A stretch of DNA of 20,000 nt from an uncultured virus (IMG/VR IMGVR_UViG_3300031227_011830) (taxonomy: Duplodnaviria > Heunggongvirae > Uroviricota > Caudoviricetes): the IMG/VR virus record IMGVR_UViG_3300031227_011830. One strand, given 5' to 3'. The notes beneath the pieces were generated by a model that did no database searches, was not told the origin of the DNA, and was given only the letters and a program-made list of their open reading frames with translations. The first letter of the stretch is position 1. Each line of letters opens with the position of its first letter. The translations under genes were made by a program, and so were the position numbers. Positions 1 through 8,995 of this stretch are shown in pieces.

Positions 1-3000
1 TTGTCAGCGTCAGAACCGCTATCAAATACGCTTACATCAAATATGGGAGATAACTGATTATAAAGCCTATCGGCCTCTGTTTGATTGTGATTCATTATGA
101 CCACTTTGATGTAAGGCTTCTCTGTATCATAAACAATGCCATACGTCTTAGGGTGATTCTGGTACAGTTTGTCAGTTTTATGATTGTAATTCATTACGGC
201 CACTTTGATGTAAGGCTTCTCTGTGTCATAAACAATGCCATACATCTTGGGGTGATTCTGGCGTATCCGCGCGTGTATTCTATCAAACAATCCTTCAGCA
301 GTCTTAGACATTGAACCAGGCTTCGTTCTATCCCAAACAAACAACTTGCCAATAACCTTGGCAAACTTAACTCCATTCTCTACACACGAATGCCAGAAAT
401 CCCAGTCTTCATAGCCTTCTCGAAGTTTCTCATCGTAACCGCCCGTATCTTGCCATACAGACTTTCTCACCAAAGCTGTACAACATATCTGATTGATATT
501 TGTTATCAGTTGTGGTTTGAAACATTGTATACGTTCGCCTTCCTTACCATCTTCCTCAAGAACTTTAACATCTGTATAGACTACTCCAACATCTGATTGA
601 GATTCCATGTAAGCCACGCATCTCTCAAGCATATCAAGTTCAATATAGTCATCCGCATCAAGCGGTAATACATATTTTCCCCTTGCTGCTCGAAACCCCG
701 TATTGCGAGCCGCAGCTAAACCTTGATTGCTCTGCTCTACCAATACTATCTTATCTTTGCTATATTGCTTCCAAAGTTGTCCAACAGCTTCATCACAATC
801 ATCAGGGCTTCCATCGTTGACTATGATAATCTCAAAGTCTTGAAGTGTTTGATTCATCACACTGCCGACTGAGCGTTCCAAATAAGACGCATGATTCCAG
901 CACGGTATTACAACAGACACCAATGGCTCATGCTGTAAACTTTCTACAGCCACTAATTTATCCTCCGGTACTCTACAAAACTCAGCATGATTTGAACACA
1001 CTTCATAATGCAGCTCTTGTCTAATCTCATAACAATCATACCGCATTCCTGCATGACTTTGGTCATAAATAACCAATGCCTCTGGTACTTTTACAAACTT
1101 GACATCCATTTCCGCACATGACAACCAAAAATCCCAATCTTCATAGCCTTTTTTTAGACTTTCATTGTAGCCACCACATGTCTCCCATACCGATCTGCGA
1201 ATCAAAGATCCAGAATGCAATAGATTATTACCTTTGATTTTCTCAATATCAAACTCTGTACTCCAATATTCTTCGCATCGAGAAAACACCTTTATCACAT
1301 CTGTAAAAACAACGCCAACTTCTGGATTGCCTTTAAATGCTGCAATGCACTTCGCAAGCATATCAAGTTCAATGTAATCATCCGCGTCAAGGGGTAATAC
1401 ATATTTGCCCCTTGCTGCACGAAAACCAGCATTGCGTGCCCCACTCAATCCTCTATTGGGCTGCCCAATCAGGATGATATCAATGTCGTCATACTGTGCT
1501 TGTAAAGAACGAACAACATCAGAGCATTCATCTGGACTACCATCATCAACAACAATGATTTCAATGTTCTTGAAAGTTTGGTTTACAACACTATCAACCG
1601 CTCGCACAAGAAAGTGAGCATGATTATAACAAGGTATCACAACAGACACCAATGGCTCATGCTGTAAACTTTCTACAGCCACAACTGGAATGCTATCAGA
1701 GCCAGCAATCTTATGTTTGTAAGAAGATGATGTAGTTGATACTTTAGAATCGACACGTTCCTTCCACATATCTAAAGCGTTCATACTTCGCAAAACATCT
1801 TCCGTTTGCAAATCATCTACAAGAAATAAATTATCAGAATAAGTTCCAATAGGTGTCAGATTCTGAGCGGCCTTGATGTCCATTCCTGAAACATCAAGCT
1901 CAGACATCTTGTAGGCTCTATACTTGATGTCTAATTGACCCAAATGACGAGCACAGCTTATATCAAGACCGCTATTCAGTCGTTCTCTTTTAGGCCATAA
2001 TTCCCAATCGCATTTTTCCAAAACTCTTCGACTAAAACATCGTCCAAGACCGATAGGCTCATTATGCCTATCAATACCGCCAGCCATTGTCCCTTTTGCA
2101 TAGCCTTCCCAATACCATAAACAATCCAGCTTGTCATCCCAAAAATAAAGATCGTTCAAACCAACAAGACAATCATCCTCCTGAGACTTGGCATAGATAA
2201 TCTCAAAGTAGTTTTCAGATAACAAATCATCCGAGCCCGCTATCACAACCGCATCAGGATTGGATTTTCGCGCCTGCTCAAGACCATGCTGCCACTTATG
2301 GTTCAAAGGCAAGTTAGGAAATTCAAAGTACTCAAATCCACACTGTTCGCATAATTCCTTTGACACATTGCCTTCTGAACCAACAGCAATCAATCTCAAA
2401 TCAAATCTATCACTTATTCTCTCCTTGATGTCCCCATACCGCTTTAGAACGAACTTAGTCAAAGAATGTCGTTTCCATACAGCCGTCAACAAGACAATTT
2501 CAGGATTCTTACGCCACCCTATGCCCCCTAATATCACTGGTTCTGACGGAATCAACTTCCTGACTTTATGATTGGAAATACAACTTCTACAAATGTCCCT
2601 TTCATACTTTCCTTTCGTGGGTAATACTTCAAGATAATCTTCACATAAATCTACAATCTGATTCCCAAAATCTTCCCTTCGATACCAATGTCGAGCAATC
2701 ACATTAGGCATTGCCGAACACCAATATACTGTACTGCCCCGCAACGCATATCCCGCACAATCGCACACAGCAGGCAATACACCATCATAAGGGCTATTAG
2801 GAACAACCAACATTGATTTACGTTCTACAGCAAGCATTTTGTGACCAAAATCGCGCTTCAAAAATGGGATAGCCTGCTCTGCACCAGGAACAACAGAAAC
2901 TCTAATAAAGTCAGCGTATTCGAGAGATTTCTCAATAAGTTTTGGAACGCCATTTCTCGCAGCTAATCCGTTAGTAAATAACACTATCTCTTTACATACA

Positions 3001-3245
3001 CCTGATATCTTTAACATTTTCAACCCATCATACAAAGATTTCCACAATAATGGTTCCCCGCCAGTAATAATAATTCTCTTGAACACATAACCCGCAAGCT
3101 TTGTAAAGTGTACAAAAGATTCAACATCAGCCATCGTCATATCATAGTTAGATTCTTCCATCATCATCCAACGCACGCCACAATCTTTACAACGCGCATT
3201 ACATGCTGAAGTAGTGTACAAATTTAAGTCTTCGCAAACAGCCAT
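1..3245 (-). CDS. Multidomain radical SAM / glycosyltransferase fusion protein (>1080 aa, 3' end beyond window)
   Basis: Translated by hand from ATG 3245, which overlaps the upstream TGA; no in-frame stop down to base 1. N-terminus MAVCEDLNLYTTSACNARCKDC has CxxxCxxC, then ITGGEPLL and LFTNG, then a Cys-rich SPASM/twitch-like segment (VCDC...YWC...ICRSC). Next is a divergent GT-A domain (IVLLTAVWKR...VVIAGSDDLL), two canonical GT2 domains (PLVSVVIPC(Y/W)NH, IIVVDDGS/IIIVNDGS, ARN.GFRAARGKYVLPLDADD, GYEDWDFW), and the start of a further GT-like domain (IKVVIMNHN...VSVFDSGS). Confidence 0.9.
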   Translation of the reverse strand, partial: MAVCEDLNLYTTSACNARCKDCGVRWMMMEESNYDMTMADVESFVHFTKLAGYVFKRIIITGGEPLLWKSLYDGLKMLKISGVCKEIVLFTNGLAARNGVPKLIEKSLEYADFIRVSVVPGAEQAIPFLKRDFGHKMLAVERKSMLVVPNSPYDGVLPAVCDCAGYALRGSTVYWCSAMPNVIARHWYRREDFGNQIVDLCEDYLEVLPTKGKYERDICRSCISNHKVRKLIPSEPVILGGIGWRKNPEIVLLTAVWKRHSLTKFVLKRYGDIKERISDRFDLRLIAVGSEGNVSKELCEQCGFEYFEFPNLPLNHKWQHGLEQARKSNPDAVVIAGSDDLLSENYFEIIYAKSQEDDCLVGLNDLYFWDDKLDCLWYWEGYAKGTMAGGIDRHNEPIGLGRCFSRRVLEKCDWELWPKRERLNSGLDISCARHLGQLDIKYRAYKMSELDVSGMDIKAAQNLTPIGTYSDNLFLVDDLQTEDVLRSMNALDMWKERVDSKVSTTSSSYKHKIAGSDSIPVVAVESLQHEPLVSVVIPCYNHAHFLVRAVDSVVNQTFKNIEIIVVDDGSPDECSDVVRSLQAQYDDIDIILIGQPNRGLSGARNAGFRAARGKYVLPLDADDYIELDMLAKCIAAFKGNPEVGVVFTDVIKVFSRCEEYWSTEFDIEKIKGNNLLHSGSLIRRSVWETCGGYNESLKKGYEDWDFWLSCAEMDVKFVKVPEALVIYDQSHAGMRYDCYEIRQELHYEVCSNHAEFCRVPEDKLVAVESLQHEPLVSVVIPCWNHASYLERSVGSVMNQTLQDFEIIIVNDGSPDDCDEAVGQLWKQYSKDKIVLVEQSNQGLAAARNTGFRAARGKYVLPLDADDYIELDMLERCVAYMESQSDVGVVYTDVKVLEEDGKEGERIQCFKPQLITNINQICCTALVRKSVWQDTGGYDEKLREGYEDWDFWHSCVENGVKFAKVIGKLFVWDRTKPGSMSKTAEGLFDRIHARIRQNHPKMYGIVYDTEKPYIKVAVMNYNHKTDKLYQNHPKTYGIVYDTEKPYIKVVIMNHNQTEADRLYNQLSPIFDVSVFDSGSDAD
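82..261. repeat. In-frame tandem duplication: 81-bp copies at 82-162 and 181-261 (period 99 bp = 33 codons)
   Basis: Direct comparison gives 75/81 identical, with all 6 differences transitions. Encodes QNHPK(M/T)YGIVYDTEKPYIKV(A/V)(V/I)MN(Y/H)N twice. Confidence 0.95.
910..1682. repeat. Exact 44-bp direct repeat (910-953 and 1639-1682) at the start of each duplicated GT2 domain
   Basis: acaacagacaccaatggctcatgctgtaaactttctacagccac occurs twice, 729 bp (243 codons) apart. caagcatatcaagttcaat at 626 and 1355 has the same offset. Confidence 0.95.
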
Positions 3246-5374
3246 CAATTGCCCCTTTTGATTCGGCCTTGAATAACAAAAATGTGATTTACAGAGGAAC
3301 GCACAACCGTAGTCTGATGAGCAATATCAATTTTGCTGCTATATCGCTCGCACACTTCCTCAATGCTATTGAAACATCTTACGTGACTTTTTGTCATAAA
3401 ATTGGGCACAGAAATGACTATATCGCTGCCAATAGGAAGCCCATTCAAAAGGCCCAAATCATCAATAATGTGTTCAAGAACTTCTAGAATGAGAATAACA
3501 TCGCCTAAACGATAACCTTTCCATTCAAAAACATCTGCTTTAACAAACTCAAAGTCGGGAACGTATCTTGCTGATTCCGAAATGCGAACTTGAGAAAAAT
3601 CAATGCCGATATAGCTTCGATAACCTTTATCACATAGCAGACGTGCAAGACGGCCTGTACCACAACCCAAGTCAACAATTCTACCAGACTCCTCTAAAAC
3701 TGGCAATAATTCCACAACAGTCCTATAAAGTTCTTTCCACGGACTCTTCTCCAAAGGTAACAAAGCCAACTCAACGGCAGAATCATACCATTCTACGCCA
3801 CATTCAGCAACATTTCCCATTTCCCGTTTGTGCACAGAATTGTCAATAGGTTTGTAGGGCTTCTTTTCTCTTACCTCGGATGCAATTCTTCTTTGCTCCT
3901 CACAACCCGCTCCTATTCCCATTCCATTCAGGTTGTAAGTGTAGTGATAAAGCATCCTATCATAGAAAAACCATTTCGACCTGCCCGCCATCTCCAAAAC
4001 AGGCAACATTATTACTTGGTCAATAGCCCGCTCATAGTAACTGCCATCCGCTTCACAAAAATCCTTCTTATCTATTGCATCATACAGGAACTTCTTGAAT
4101 GATTTAAGGTGAGATGAAACCCACGGATAACCCCTGACATCACAACTATCCAATAGGCCACAAGCCCCGCGATTCAACCATTCATCCTCGTATTGACTCC
4201 ATACAACATCATAATCTTCATGGCAACGCATCATCTGTGATATAGCATCTGTTCCTATCAGCCAATCATCCCCATCTACAAGAAAAATCACAGATTCCTC
4301 ATTGGAGCAAAAACGAGAAACGGCAACATCGATGTTCTTTGTTTTAGGCTGCTTTTCTCTATTGGATAAAACAATAGTATCCTTTCTGCCCAGCAAAGCA
4401 TCCAACCCCAATTCCAAAGAACCATCTGTCGAGGCGTCATCAACAAAGACTATTCCTAAATCTGGATAGTTCTGTCCAATAATAGACAACAAGCAATTGA
4501 AAAAATGGCATAGTGAATCTCTTTGAGTAACAACTATAATAGCTCTGTTAGACAGACTTCCAGATTTAAACACTTTGACCGCCTGCTGTTCTACCATTAG
4601 TTTGGCAGATTCTCTTTCATACACAGCCCACGGCTGCAACTCGCAGAAATGACATATTGTAGGTTCAACTAACTTAGTGCCTTTCAAAAACTGACATTTT
4701 GCAGACATTACATCTATATCGTGCTCTGAGCTTCCCAGGGTTGAAAACATAAGACTCTTACCAGAAACAACATTGGGCAGAGGCTCTATCCTATAATGAG
4801 CCATTGCAGTACATAAGATTGGCTCGTCTGCCCATTGTCCAGACAATCTCTTGAACTCCCACGACACTGCACTCCTCAAATCAGCAAAGTAATCGCGTGC
4901 CTTATCAAAAACAGCCTTAGCCTGCAAACTATCATCAAAATAGATGATTCCAGAATTGGCTTTGACCATGTAATCAAGATCAAACAACTTTATTTGCGTT
5001 GCAACATCCATATTGCCCCACTGACCTTCATATACCTTTCTTCCTTGAACTGCAAAATGATAATTACTCAACTCATCCCAAAAGAAGTCAATATCATCCT
5101 TGACCATCAAACAATCACAATCGACAAAAAGTGTCCTCTCAAACGGGGAATATCTGTCTATCAAAATCTTATTAGTACAGCCCACCAGCTTGTCATCTCC
5201 CATCACTTGACTATAATTGAACAAGTCGTCATCAATATCAAAAGACATGTCATGCATCAAGCAAATAGGTCTGCCTGTATCACGTAGACGAATAGAAACA
5301 GCAAGATTGCATGCCATTTTATAATACTTGACATCCCCTAGGGCTAAAATGAGATATCCTTCAGACAGAACCAT
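3245..5374 (-). CDS. Three-domain fusion: GT8-like GT-A domain + GT2 domain + class I SAM methyltransferase
   Basis: N-domain KILIDRYSPFERTLFVDCDCL...NSGIIYF...WADEP; middle domain IVFVDDASTDGS...IFLVDGDDWL; C-domain IVDLGCGTG...YIGIDFS...LEVLEHI. Start moved from 5461 to ATG 5374 (MVLSEG), which has an AAGGTGG SD-like sequence and avoids a 100-bp overlap. Confidence 0.85.
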   Translation of the reverse strand: MVLSEGYLILALGDVKYYKMACNLAVSIRLRDTGRPICLMHDMSFDIDDDLFNYSQVMGDDKLVGCTNKILIDRYSPFERTLFVDCDCLMVKDDIDFFWDELSNYHFAVQGRKVYEGQWGNMDVATQIKLFDLDYMVKANSGIIYFDDSLQAKAVFDKARDYFADLRSAVSWEFKRLSGQWADEPILCTAMAHYRIEPLPNVVSGKSLMFSTLGSSEHDIDVMSAKCQFLKGTKLVEPTICHFCELQPWAVYERESAKLMVEQQAVKVFKSGSLSNRAIIVVTQRDSLCHFFNCLLSIIGQNYPDLGIVFVDDASTDGSLELGLDALLGRKDTIVLSNREKQPKTKNIDVAVSRFCSNEESVIFLVDGDDWLIGTDAISQMMRCHEDYDVVWSQYEDEWLNRGACGLLDSCDVRGYPWVSSHLKSFKKFLYDAIDKKDFCEADGSYYERAIDQVIMLPVLEMAGRSKWFFYDRMLYHYTYNLNGMGIGAGCEEQRRIASEVREKKPYKPIDNSVHKREMGNVAECGVEWYDSAVELALLPLEKSPWKELYRTVVELLPVLEESGRIVDLGCGTGRLARLLCDKGYRSYIGIDFSQVRISESARYVPDFEFVKADVFEWKGYRLGDVILILEVLEHIIDDLGLLNGLPIGSDIVISVPNFMTKSHVRCFNSIEEVCERYSSKIDIAHQTTVVRSSVNHIFVIQGRIKRGN

Positions 5375-5951
5375 CAGACCCACCTTGCAGCAAATAATAA
5401 CCATGTGGATTGTCACCCAAATTCTCAACGTGCGATTCAATACTATCAAATTCATTATCATTCCAAATGGATAAATGAGCTTCGTTTATATTGCCATTCA
5501 AGAATCTTTCAGGACCATACCATGTGGGACCAATTGGGACCAACAACAAAAGCCACTTGCACTTTTTCAACATCTCGCCTATCAACCATAATGCCTGTAA
5601 CTTCTCTATGTGTTCTATCACGTCAGCCGAAAAAATCATATCATAATCGCCCATTGTCTCGACAAGCTCGCAAATGTCTCCGATGTAGATTTTGTCATAA
5701 ACCGCTTTCTGCGGTTTACCTATGTAATCTTCAAAGATTTCCACGCCATCAATTTGAGATTCCCACTGATCAGGCAATGGGTGTCCATTAGAAGCATCAA
5801 GAGCTTCCCTAAAAAGATAACCCCATTTGCCGAATCCAATACCAACATCTAAAACAGACATTGGCTTATGTTTCCTTACCATCCGCATCACTCGCGGAAC
5901 ATGAATGCAATCAGACCAACACATTTTGAATCTCCCACTATTCACTCTCAT
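5361..5951 (-). CDS. Class I SAM-dependent methyltransferase
   Basis: VLDVGIGFGKWG motif I, IDGVEIF motif II, YDMIFSADVIEHI. Confidence 0.85.
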   Translation of the reverse strand: MRVNSGRFKMCWSDCIHVPRVMRMVRKHKPMSVLDVGIGFGKWGYLFREALDASNGHPLPDQWESQIDGVEIFEDYIGKPQKAVYDKIYIGDICELVETMGDYDMIFSADVIEHIEKLQALWLIGEMLKKCKWLLLLVPIGPTWYGPERFLNGNINEAHLSIWNDNEFDSIESHVENLGDNPHGYYLLQGGSDGSV

Positions 5952-6549
5952 TCAAGAAAAGAGCAACATGCCGAAAATTACACTCAGTGTTTTCCCGAAC
6001 AGATTCTAAAGGATCACCCATGTTGAAAGGAGAAATCTGCAAGTTCATTGGCCTATATCCTATCCCTTTTTCAATCGGAACATCCAAATCACTATTGGAA
6101 CGTATTGCAGGAAATGTAGTTGTAAGAAGATAACGGCAACCACTCGATTTGAAATTGCCCAATACTTTCAGTATCCATTCATCAGGAAGATGAAACAAAA
6201 AGTCCCGACACAACAACAGGTCTGCTTTTCTAGGTATCTGCCTCACAGCATTGAACACCTCAAATCTATGATTTGGATATTTAGCTTGATTGGCTTCTAT
6301 GATATCAGGGACAATGTCACAGCCCATATAATCCACATCACCAATATCAACATGACGCATCCAATTCCAGTCTCCGCACGGTATGTCATTCATCGAACGA
6401 ATAGCATAACGCCTTATTACATCCTCCAAGTATTTTCTTATCTCATGAGTGTTTCTCAAAAAACTTCCATATCCACTCGCTGATTCTATTCTGCCGACAT
6501 ATTTACAATGAAACGAGTGCCACGATAATTCTTGTTTATGTAAATCCAT
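5938..6549 (-). CDS. Class I SAM-dependent methyltransferase
   Basis: SGYGS, MNDIPCGDWNWM, YMGCDIV, ADLLLCRDFLFHL. Likely start is ATG 6549, just after the upstream TGA (track start 6624). Confidence 0.82.
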   Translation of the reverse strand: MDLHKQELSWHSFHCKYVGRIESASGYGSFLRNTHEIRKYLEDVIRRYAIRSMNDIPCGDWNWMRHVDIGDVDYMGCDIVPDIIEANQAKYPNHRFEVFNAVRQIPRKADLLLCRDFLFHLPDEWILKVLGNFKSSGCRYLLTTTFPAIRSNSDLDVPIEKGIGYRPMNLQISPFNMGDPLESVRENTECNFRHVALFLNESE

Positions 6550-6550
6550 A

Positions 6551-7252
6551 TCAATAGTCCAATCTGTATTTGCCACGTAACATCTGTTGAACATAATCGT
6601 GATAACCCAATTCAACCTCGCCACCGACTACACCTGGTATGCTGCGACGACTTGAAAACCATGTGTGCCATACCAAACCTGAATAATCGCAAGCATGTGG
6701 CGCGAAACGCCCGCCAAAATCCTCCCGACAATACTCTACAAAACTCAAACGACCGCCTTCCTCAACCGCATCCAAACATAACTTCTCGCCAGTATCCCAC
6801 TGCGGCCAATTGTGTTCGAAACTGTGCCTCTTGAGCCAATCTGTACGTGCAAATAAATAAGAAGGACATACATACTTCTCAAGAATGCGACCCCAATCCT
6901 TGCAAATACCCGCAATAGTAACATCATCCTTATACAACCGTAAAGCTAACCCTATCCATTCCGGCGATACTGGATGAGCATCAGAACACAATGTGCAAAT
7001 AATGCCTATATCTGCCATGCTTGAGAGAAAATCCAGAGCCTTGCCATGCCGCACAGAATTGTCCATTCCCTTGAATAAACGAACGTCTGCCTGCGCGTCC
7101 AACCATTCCAAAGAACCATCCGTAGAACCGTTATCATAAACTAAGATTTCATAAGGAATGAGATGAGTATGCTCGCGTACCTTCTCTACACACAATCGAG
7201 TAAAAAAGTACGTATTATAGCTCACAACGCATATCGAAACGCCATCCTGCAT
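6551..7252 (-). CDS. Glycosyltransferase family 2 protein
   Basis: VSICVVSYN, YEILVYDNGSTDGS, atypical DxD region (TLCSDAHP), WDTG. Confidence 0.85.
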   Translation of the reverse strand: MQDGVSICVVSYNTYFFTRLCVEKVREHTHLIPYEILVYDNGSTDGSLEWLDAQADVRLFKGMDNSVRHGKALDFLSSMADIGIICTLCSDAHPVSPEWIGLALRLYKDDVTIAGICKDWGRILEKYVCPSYLFARTDWLKRHSFEHNWPQWDTGEKLCLDAVEEGGRLSFVEYCREDFGGRFAPHACDYSGLVWHTWFSSRRSIPGVVGGEVELGYHDYVQQMLRGKYRLDY

Positions 7253-7276
7253 TTCATACTCCTGTCATCTCTGAAG

Positions 7277-7879
7277 TTATGTTGTGATAACCTGAAAATG
7301 AGAAGACCACTTAGCCTGCAAACGTGCTCGATAATCCCAATAGTTGCCCCAAACAGCACCTTGCTTGGTAAACGTAGTTGAATGATGCTCAAAACGCTTC
7401 AAAGGCAATACCACAGATGCCCGACCATGAGCACGCTGCTCATAACAGTAATCTTCAGCATACAAATGCAAGCCATTAAATGTCTTTTCGTCAAATCGCA
7501 ATCCGTGTTCTTTGTCTATGATTATACAACACGAATCCAACGAGGCTACTTCAATAGGCCTATCTATCTCATTCGACCACTGTATTACGTCAGCCCAATC
7601 AATACCAACTAATCCCATTGTACCAACAGACGAACGATATACACTGTCAGCAACTTTAAGTATTTCCTCAGAAAAGCAAATATCAGGATGTGCGAACATC
7701 ACAAATCGCGTATCCGACGCTTCAAGAATCCGATTGAACACACTTGCGATGCAAATCGGACCTAAACTTCGCATCGCAACATACGGAACGCCTAATGACC
7801 TCAACGAAATCTCAAGGTCATTTTCAAGCACTCGCCTGTCTGTGTATATCGAAAAAATACTAATGTCTCGGCTAACCAT
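7277..7879 (-). CDS. GT-A fold glycosyltransferase (GT2-like)
   Basis: FVMFAHPDICF, VASLDSCCIII, RFDEKTFNGLHLYAEDYC, EHHS. ATG 7879 is preceded by AAGGTGG (track start TTG 7894). Confidence 0.8.
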   Translation of the reverse strand: MVSRDISIFSIYTDRRVLENDLEISLRSLGVPYVAMRSLGPICIASVFNRILEASDTRFVMFAHPDICFSEEILKVADSVYRSSVGTMGLVGIDWADVIQWSNEIDRPIEVASLDSCCIIIDKEHGLRFDEKTFNGLHLYAEDYCYEQRAHGRASVVLPLKRFEHHSTTFTKQGAVWGNYWDYRARLQAKWSSHFQVITT

Positions 7880-8381
7880 CTTCCACCTTGGCAATCATAA
7901 CACCATTCTTGTATTGAGACGATGCCGTATCAACATCAAACTTGTAACGCTTGTCAATACTTTTAATTGCCTGCATAATCTCTTCAACAGTCGGCAGAAA
8001 GTTCCCAAAGTACTGAGTGTCATCTATCAGAATCACATGGCGGTGCGGATGTCGTCTAAGATACCTAAGCTCGTCTAATAAAGGACATGCCTTTCTGTCC
8101 GCATTGTGAGCATCAAGCCATAAAAGGCAACGATCATTGATGCCATCCATCATTCGTGGAAATATCTCGGCTGAGTCCCCGCAATACAAATGAACATTTT
8201 CGCTTTCATTGAATCGCTCAAGGCATTTTGTGTGATACTCCAAAAGCAATTCAACGCTATGCACTTCATCGAAAATAGCCAAAGCTTTGACTATTGTGTT
8301 GCCTTGACGACTGCCCGTTTCAACAAACACTCGACAACCATCTTGATGCTTCTTGAGAAAATCTACACTATCAATTGGCAC
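7872..8381 (-). CDS. Methyltransferase-like protein (Rossmann/SAM-binding fold)
   Basis: VFVETGSRQGNT, VHSVEL, GDS, LLWLDAH, ILIDD. GTG 8381 follows an AGGAG SD (track start 8417). Confidence 0.72.
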   Translation of the reverse strand: MPIDSVDFLKKHQDGCRVFVETGSRQGNTIVKALAIFDEVHSVELLLEYHTKCLERFNESENVHLYCGDSAEIFPRMMDGINDRCLLWLDAHNADRKACPLLDELRYLRRHPHRHVILIDDTQYFGNFLPTVEEIMQAIKSIDKRYKFDVDTASSQYKNGVMIAKVEDG

Positions 8382-8392
8382 TGAAACGTCTC

Positions 8393-8972
8393 CTACTTTC
8401 TGGCAATGCCCCAACAATCAGAACCTAAAGTCACAGCAGTCACATCACCGTTCCGCGAACTAACCAATGGAATAAACAAGTCAAACTCCTTGACATAAAA
8501 AGAGTCTTTTTTGTCTGATATGTAGACTGCGATTGTGGATAACCCAGCCTCCTGAAACATACAACCCATACCATCGGGTAAAAACCTAAATGTGTCTATC
8601 GGATAACTTGTGTTCAGCCCACATGAACGGCGCAGTCAAAAACATATAGCTACCACTTTTCAATACTCTTGACATCTCCTTAACAAGCTTGAATGGATTC
8701 CTACAATGTTCTATAGTCTGACCCGAAATCACGACATCAGCATATTCATCTTCCAAAGGTATTGTGAAATCGTCAGTCATAACAACATCCACATTATTAC
8801 CCGCCGCTATGTCAACTCCAATATAAGTCCAATTAGACGGCAAAGCAGAACGATAAGAACCAACACCTACATCGCAACTACCTACATCAACCACAATCAA
8901 ATTCTCTTCAAATCTATCACTTAAAAACTTCCAAATGTTAGAAAACATCTCTGCAAAAGAAGAATCATGCAC
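8393..8972 (-). pseudogene. Class I SAM methyltransferase interrupted by a 1-bp insertion near 8605-8606 (pseudogene or sequencing error)
   Basis: The first frame has VVDVGS, YIGVDI, ADVVISGQTIEHC...FLTAPFMWAEHK and stops at 8586. Removing one base continues YPIDTFRFLPDGMGCMFQEAGL...DCWGIARK* to TAG 8393. Span is 580 bp = 3n+1. Confidence 0.85.
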
Positions 8973-8995
8973 AATTTTATATCCTTTGTGAACAA

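Noticed and set aside
82..261. Repeat pair as a diversity-generating retroelement TR/VR or a CRISPR array
   Set aside because: The mismatches are bidirectional transitions, not adenine-specific. There are only two in-frame coding copies, and no reverse transcriptase or cas gene in the window.
1..3244. Apparent ORF desert suggesting stop-codon reassignment or non-coding DNA
   Set aside because: It is one open minus-strand frame running off the window. Other genes end in TAA, TAG and TGA, consistent with the standard code.
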